Assembly: GCA_963693365.1 (NCBI GenBank)
Contig: CAVNZM010000012.1
Location: 6,770,889 to 6,834,888, forward strand
Direction: 5' to 3'
DNA from: Amoebidium appalachense
Lineage: Eukaryota; Protista; Ichthyosporea
DNA length: 64,000 bases
The notes under the pieces are model-generated. The model made no database searches. It saw nothing but the letters and a program-made list of their open reading frames with translations, and had not been told where the DNA came from. The position numbers were made by a program, and so were the translations under genes. Every line of letters begins with the position of its first letter. The first letter of the stretch is position 1. Of the stretch, positions 45,112 through 64,000 are shown in pieces.

Positions 45112-46301
45112 CGAGCATCTACATTTTTATGCACATTACCAAACGTGTTCACACACGTGGGAGTATGGTGGGTGTGGGGGTCACACTGCACCTCACGGCG
45201 TGTGCTTGCAACATAGCTTCAAGCAGGGTGTGTGTACATGTGTGTCGGTGTACATGTGTGGGTGTGTTTGTGTGCTCAAGCTGCAGTTGGTTAATTGCCT
45301 GCGGGTGCTCCTTTCTTTGTTTTTGTGCAGAACGAATGTCTGGGCCCCTGCATGTGCCGCTGTATGAATATTATGCGTGCACATGTGTGTGTGCATGCGC
45401 TTTGGCAAGCCGTGAATGTCTGTATATGACTGCGTGTGTGCGCAACCGGTGCACAATGTCATCGTTGGTGCTAAGTGCTGCATAAGTTTGAATGACCATA
45501 TATTGCACAGCATGCATGTATGTTGGCCGGTGAGCGTCCAGGGTGTCCCCTCCTTCCCCAATCCCCCCCCCCCCCTCCCCTCTCCCCCCTCTCCTCCCAT
45601 CCCAAATACACACATACACAGGCACGTACACCAGATGCAAATGCACCACCCATTTGTTATTCGACAACCTATGTTAGAATAGAAGTCCAGAGCATGTGGG
45701 AGTTCCGTGCGCAGTACCACGAACATGTGATGGGGGTGTGCTGGTTGGGTGGCTGGGTGGGTGTGGCGGCGGCGGCGGTGGTGGTGGTGGGAGAGGTGTT
45801 GGAGGGGGGAGGAGGTGGTGGTGATTGTGGGAGAAGGGGAGGGGGGAGCGCGCGGGGGGGGGGGGGGGGGGGGGGGGAAGGGGGGGGGGGGGGGAAGGGG
45901 GGGAGGGGGGAGGGGGGGGGGGGGGGACCTGGCTTGGTAGCTTGAAGCAAGCATGTGCATATGGGGTGCCGAGGCAGCAAACTGGTGCACTAAGTCAAAT
46001 TGAGCGGTGGGGGGAGGGAGGGGGGGGGGGGGGGGGGGTCTGGGTGGGGGGTGGGGGGTGGGTATTTTTTTTATCTCTCTCTCTTTTTTTTTGGGGGGGG
46101 GGGGGAGGGGGGGGGGGAGGGGGGGGGGAGGGGGGGGGAGGGGGGGGGAGGGGGGGAGAGGGGGGGGGGGGGGGGGATGGGGGGGGGCTAACGACGTATA
46201 TGCAGCTGCCAGGCCCTGGTGGCTCGTAAGTTAGGTAGTGGCGGTAGCTGGAGGTACCATGCAGAGTGGGTGGGAGGGGTAGCGAGGCAGAAGTTGGGTC
46301 C

Positions 46302-46398
<97 letters not shown>

Positions 46399-46602
46399 CT
46401 GTGTGTGTGTACGTATGTATGTGTATGTGTGTGTGTGTGTGTGTGTGTGGCTGCCGTATGTGTTAACATGTACGTTTTTGTGTGTGTACGTATGCTTGCG
46501 TGTCACCTTGCATGTTTACATGTGTGTGTGGTGGCTATGTATAGTGTACGTGCATTTTATAAGGTTATGTGCTTGTGTGTGCCACGTTCGGGTGTCAAGG
46601 CA

Positions 46603-46688
46603 CGTGTGTGCGTGTCGGACAAAACACACAATGATCACCCAAAACACACACTGTGATCAGTGTGTGTTTTGTCCGACACGCACACACG
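46603..46688. repeat. Near-perfect hairpin, 36-bp arms with one mismatch, 14-nt loop
   Basis: cgtgtgtgcgtgtcggacaaaacacacaatgatcac ... gtgatcagtgtgtgttttgtccgacacgcacacacg. Confidence 0.85.
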
Positions 46689-46702
46689 CACACACACGCA
46701 CG

Positions 46703-46791
<89 letters not shown>

Positions 46792-47290
46792 CCAAACACA
46801 CACACACACACGCACACGCACACACGGCCACACACACACACACTCTCCCTCTCTATGTCTTTCTCCTCTCTCTCTCTCTCTCCACCCCCCTCTCTCCCCC
46901 CCTCACCCTTGCTCTCTCTCTCTCTCTCAACCTCCCCTTTCCCTTTCTCTCTCTCTCTCTCGCTCCTCTCTCCCTCTCTCTCCCTTCCTCTCTCTCTCCC
47001 TCTCCCTCTCCCTCTCCCTCTCCCTCTCCCTCTCCCTCTCCCTCTCCCTCTCCCTCTCCCTCTCCCTCTCCCTCTCCCTCTCCCTCTCCCTCTCCCTCTC
47101 CCTCTCCCTCTCCCTCCCCCTCCCCCTCCCCCCCTCCCCCCCCTCCCCCTCCCCCTCCCCCTCCCCCTCTCCCTCTCCCTCTCCCTCTCCCTCTCCCTCT
47201 CCCTCTCCCTCCCTCCCTCCCTCCCTCCCTCCCTCCCTCCCTCCCTCCCTCCCTCCCTCCCTCCCTCCCTCCCTCCCTCCCTCCCTCCCT

Positions 47291-47323
<33 letters not shown>

Positions 47324-47909
47324 GCTATCTTTCTCTCTCTCTTCCCCCCCCCTCTCTTTATCTGTCTCGCTCTTTTGCCCTCTCGCATTTCCTCTCTATC
47401 TCCCCCTCTCCTCTACACACACAAAATACACATCCACTCTCACTCTCTCGCTCTCTCCTCTCTCTCTCTTGTGTGTGTGTGACGTGGTGCTTTTTCTCTC
47501 TGGAAACGTGTGTTCACATGCGTCCGTGCATACTTTTACCCGTGTTAACGGTGCTTGCAAGCACGTGTGTATTGTTACCACATGTACTCTTGTACCGGGT
47601 ACCCACGACTATGTGTGGTCGTGGGTGAGTTCCTCTATCGCGTATCACATAGTTCCATCTGCCCGATGGTTGCTGCCATGGGCCAAAAAATGCTAATGCA
47701 TAATGCAGTTTATTTCTCAAGCAGTTAATTTCCATTGAAAAACTCAGGGCACAAACTAGAGTGTTGTAGCTTTTTTTATGTCAAGGTTAAGAATTTTTTC
47801 ACATACTGCTCAATTGCAAAGGGACGATGAAAAGTATGTTCTTGTCCGGTGGTTCTTGTCACAGTGGCCCGGCGGTTGTGAGAGTCCTGCACTATCGTCA
47901 TCGGTGATA

Positions 47910-48195
47910 AGCTAAAATGGCGCGAACATACATGATTGGCTAAACAACACCTCGAAGGGCTTTCAAATGCATGTGAGTGTGTGCACGATTTTGTGCTTTT
48001 TGAATACATGTTCGTTGATATAATCATTTATAAATTTATATAAGCTGATGGATTCTATTATGCAAACAAAACCTAGTAGAACTTCATGATTTGACCGTCA
48101 CTTTGAGTCTGCAGCTGTGACGTCACGTAAAGCATAATCTGTTATGATTGGTTAACAGTCATACACATCAAAGATGGCTAGGTTTTGGCGCCACC
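47910..48195 (+). promoter_or_regulatory. Putative cell-cycle promoter of DTL (E2F-like, CCAAT, CHR-like and CRE motifs)
   Basis: tggcgcgaa 47918, ttttggcgcc 48183, gattgg 47934 and 48146, tttcaaa 47961, tttgaa 47999, tgacgtca 48118. Confidence 0.45.
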
Positions 48196-48529
48196 GTTTT
48201 GCTGCTGCGAGTGCTGTGAGCGGCGAGTCTGTGACTGATGGTGAGGGTGCGGTCTTCAGGCAGTCACGGGGAGCACAAGGTTTGCAAAACATCAGATTTG
48301 GAAGTAAGAGTGAAAAGAGGAAGCACTAACAGAGACTTAGATAGTAGCAAACATATGACGTTGAAAGAAAAAAAAACCACCCAGAAGGCCAAAACTGCTG
48401 AAAACGTTTATGGGTTCGGCACGGCCTCCCAACTTAAACAATTCGTTAAGGAGTAAGGAACACCACTCTTAATGTCGATTTTTAACTCTGAAAAAACCAA
48501 TTTCCGAGTATTAGAGGGAATCAGTCAAT

Positions 48530-62516
<13,987 letters not shown>

Positions 62517-62663
62517 GCACTGGTCTACCAGCGGGCCAGTGAAATCCATGGAAAGTAGGGTCTACTGTTCCGCAATCCCAGGACACCGATCTTAAAATTC
62601 AGGAACATTGCGGCCGATTGTGTGTTCTAATGAGATGATTGTGTTCATCTTTTTTTTTTTTGT

Positions 62664-62746
<83 letters not shown>

Positions 62747-63345
62747 TGTCCCTTTGGTTTTCACTTGCTTCGAGGTAGCTCTAGCCATTTTGTATGAAAA
62801 TTCACAGTTTGCCCAGATGAATTATAATATAACCCATTACATGCTATACCTGCCAATTTGAAGCATGTGATGATATGTGTTCATAGTTTCAATGCTATCT
62901 GGGCTACTTATTTTCGTGTTTGATTTTAGAACGAAAACATGTATGAATGAATGCGACTTGGTGCTTTTCTTTTCCCTTCACCCTCCCTGAAGCCTTATGA
63001 TGGACACAAAGTATGTCACGACTGTTGAGATGCATAGGTCGATTTACATAGGCACTTCAATGCAAAGTAATTCTAAATATACACTAGTGGTTTCCTACCT
63101 GCTAAATACTATAAATGAAAGCTAAAAAGGTAGAACAAGTTAGAAAGAAATAAGAGTTTCACTAAGTTTTCGCGAGGTGTCTAAGGAAACTTTGGGAAAC
63201 TTTGCTTCAACGGCAATAGACTCCCCCCCCCCCCCAAAAAAAAAAACACACACACATAGAGACATAGACAGACACGTGCGCACACACACATACACACATG
63301 CACGCCCACGTGCAGGCACAGACAAACACACACACACAGAGAGAG

Positions 63346-63387
<42 letters not shown>

Positions 63388-64000
63388 AGGGAGAGAGGGA
63401 TGGAGGGAGGGAGGGAGGGAGGGAGGGAGGGAGAAAGGGAGAGAGGGAGGGAGGGAGGGAGGGAGGGAAGAAGGGAGGGACAGAGATATGCACACAACAC
63501 ACTTTGTAATCAGCGGTGCTGCCATGCGTTGCTTGCCACACAGTGTATTGTCAATCAACAGCGTAAATAACCAAAGCTAACAACGGAGAACTTCAAGCTG
63601 ACCAGTGCACATCAATGATAACTGGTGGGAAGACTGAGCTCCTTCAGGCAGGTGGCCCAGGGAGTGTGGGAAATTATGCGACAGTGTCTCTGGGTGGGTT
63701 GGGTTGGGTTGGGGGATGGGAGGGGGGGAGGGGGAAGGGGGGGGGGGAGGGGGGGGGGGAGGGGGGGGGGGGGGGGGGGGGAGAAGATTCATCCGTGTCA
63801 ATCACATTCTTTATTATCATAAATTTTATAAGATGTACTGTACTTAAGGCGAAAGGTTTTTTATGGTCTCAAGTTTCCCGGCCATTCTGCAGGCACATTC
63901 CATGCTTTTACTTCCGGAAAACAAAACTTTTATTACGAATGACCCAAATAGCTCCATACTCAGAGAACTATCACACACGAAGGAGCACTCGGTTTGTCGA

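Noticed and set aside
48174-48456. Upstream ATGs and ORF 48238-48456 as the DTL N-terminus
   Set aside because: No phase-compatible splice into the 48530 frame, so probably 5'UTR or intron.

Overview
Eukaryotic nuclear DNA saturated with (CA/TG)n, (CT/AG)n and poly-C/poly-G tracts; most ORFs in the supplied track are artefacts of these repeats. The gene content suggests a unicellular opisthokont, possibly an ichthyosporean-type holozoan (weak inference). By hand-splicing I reconstructed three multi-exon genes: an unknown 547-aa protein with a C-terminal coiled coil (minus, 8121-12114), SURF2 (6 exons, 22504-30575) and DTL/CDT2 (18 exons, 48530-62516). There are four intronless genes: a frameshifted secreted choloylglycine-hydrolase-family Ntn hydrolase, a head-to-head pair of 8-finger C2H2 paralogues, and a secreted protein with 11 Ca-binding EGF repeats between two copies of an unnamed domain. 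The window also holds a decayed Reb1/TTF1/DMTF1-like Myb fragment, a 5'-truncated LINE, two PIF/Harbinger-type MITEs, a 9-bp-TSD insertion and a decayed duplicate of the SURF2 3' end. The most notable observations are an AT-AC (U12, minor-spliceosome) intron in DTL, a sense-only intronic repeat family carrying box C/D-like and hammerhead-like motifs, 3' splice sites made of (CA)n instead of a pyrimidine tract, and a micro-inversion bounded by poly-C/poly-G tracts. All family calls come from motif recognition; no database searches were run.
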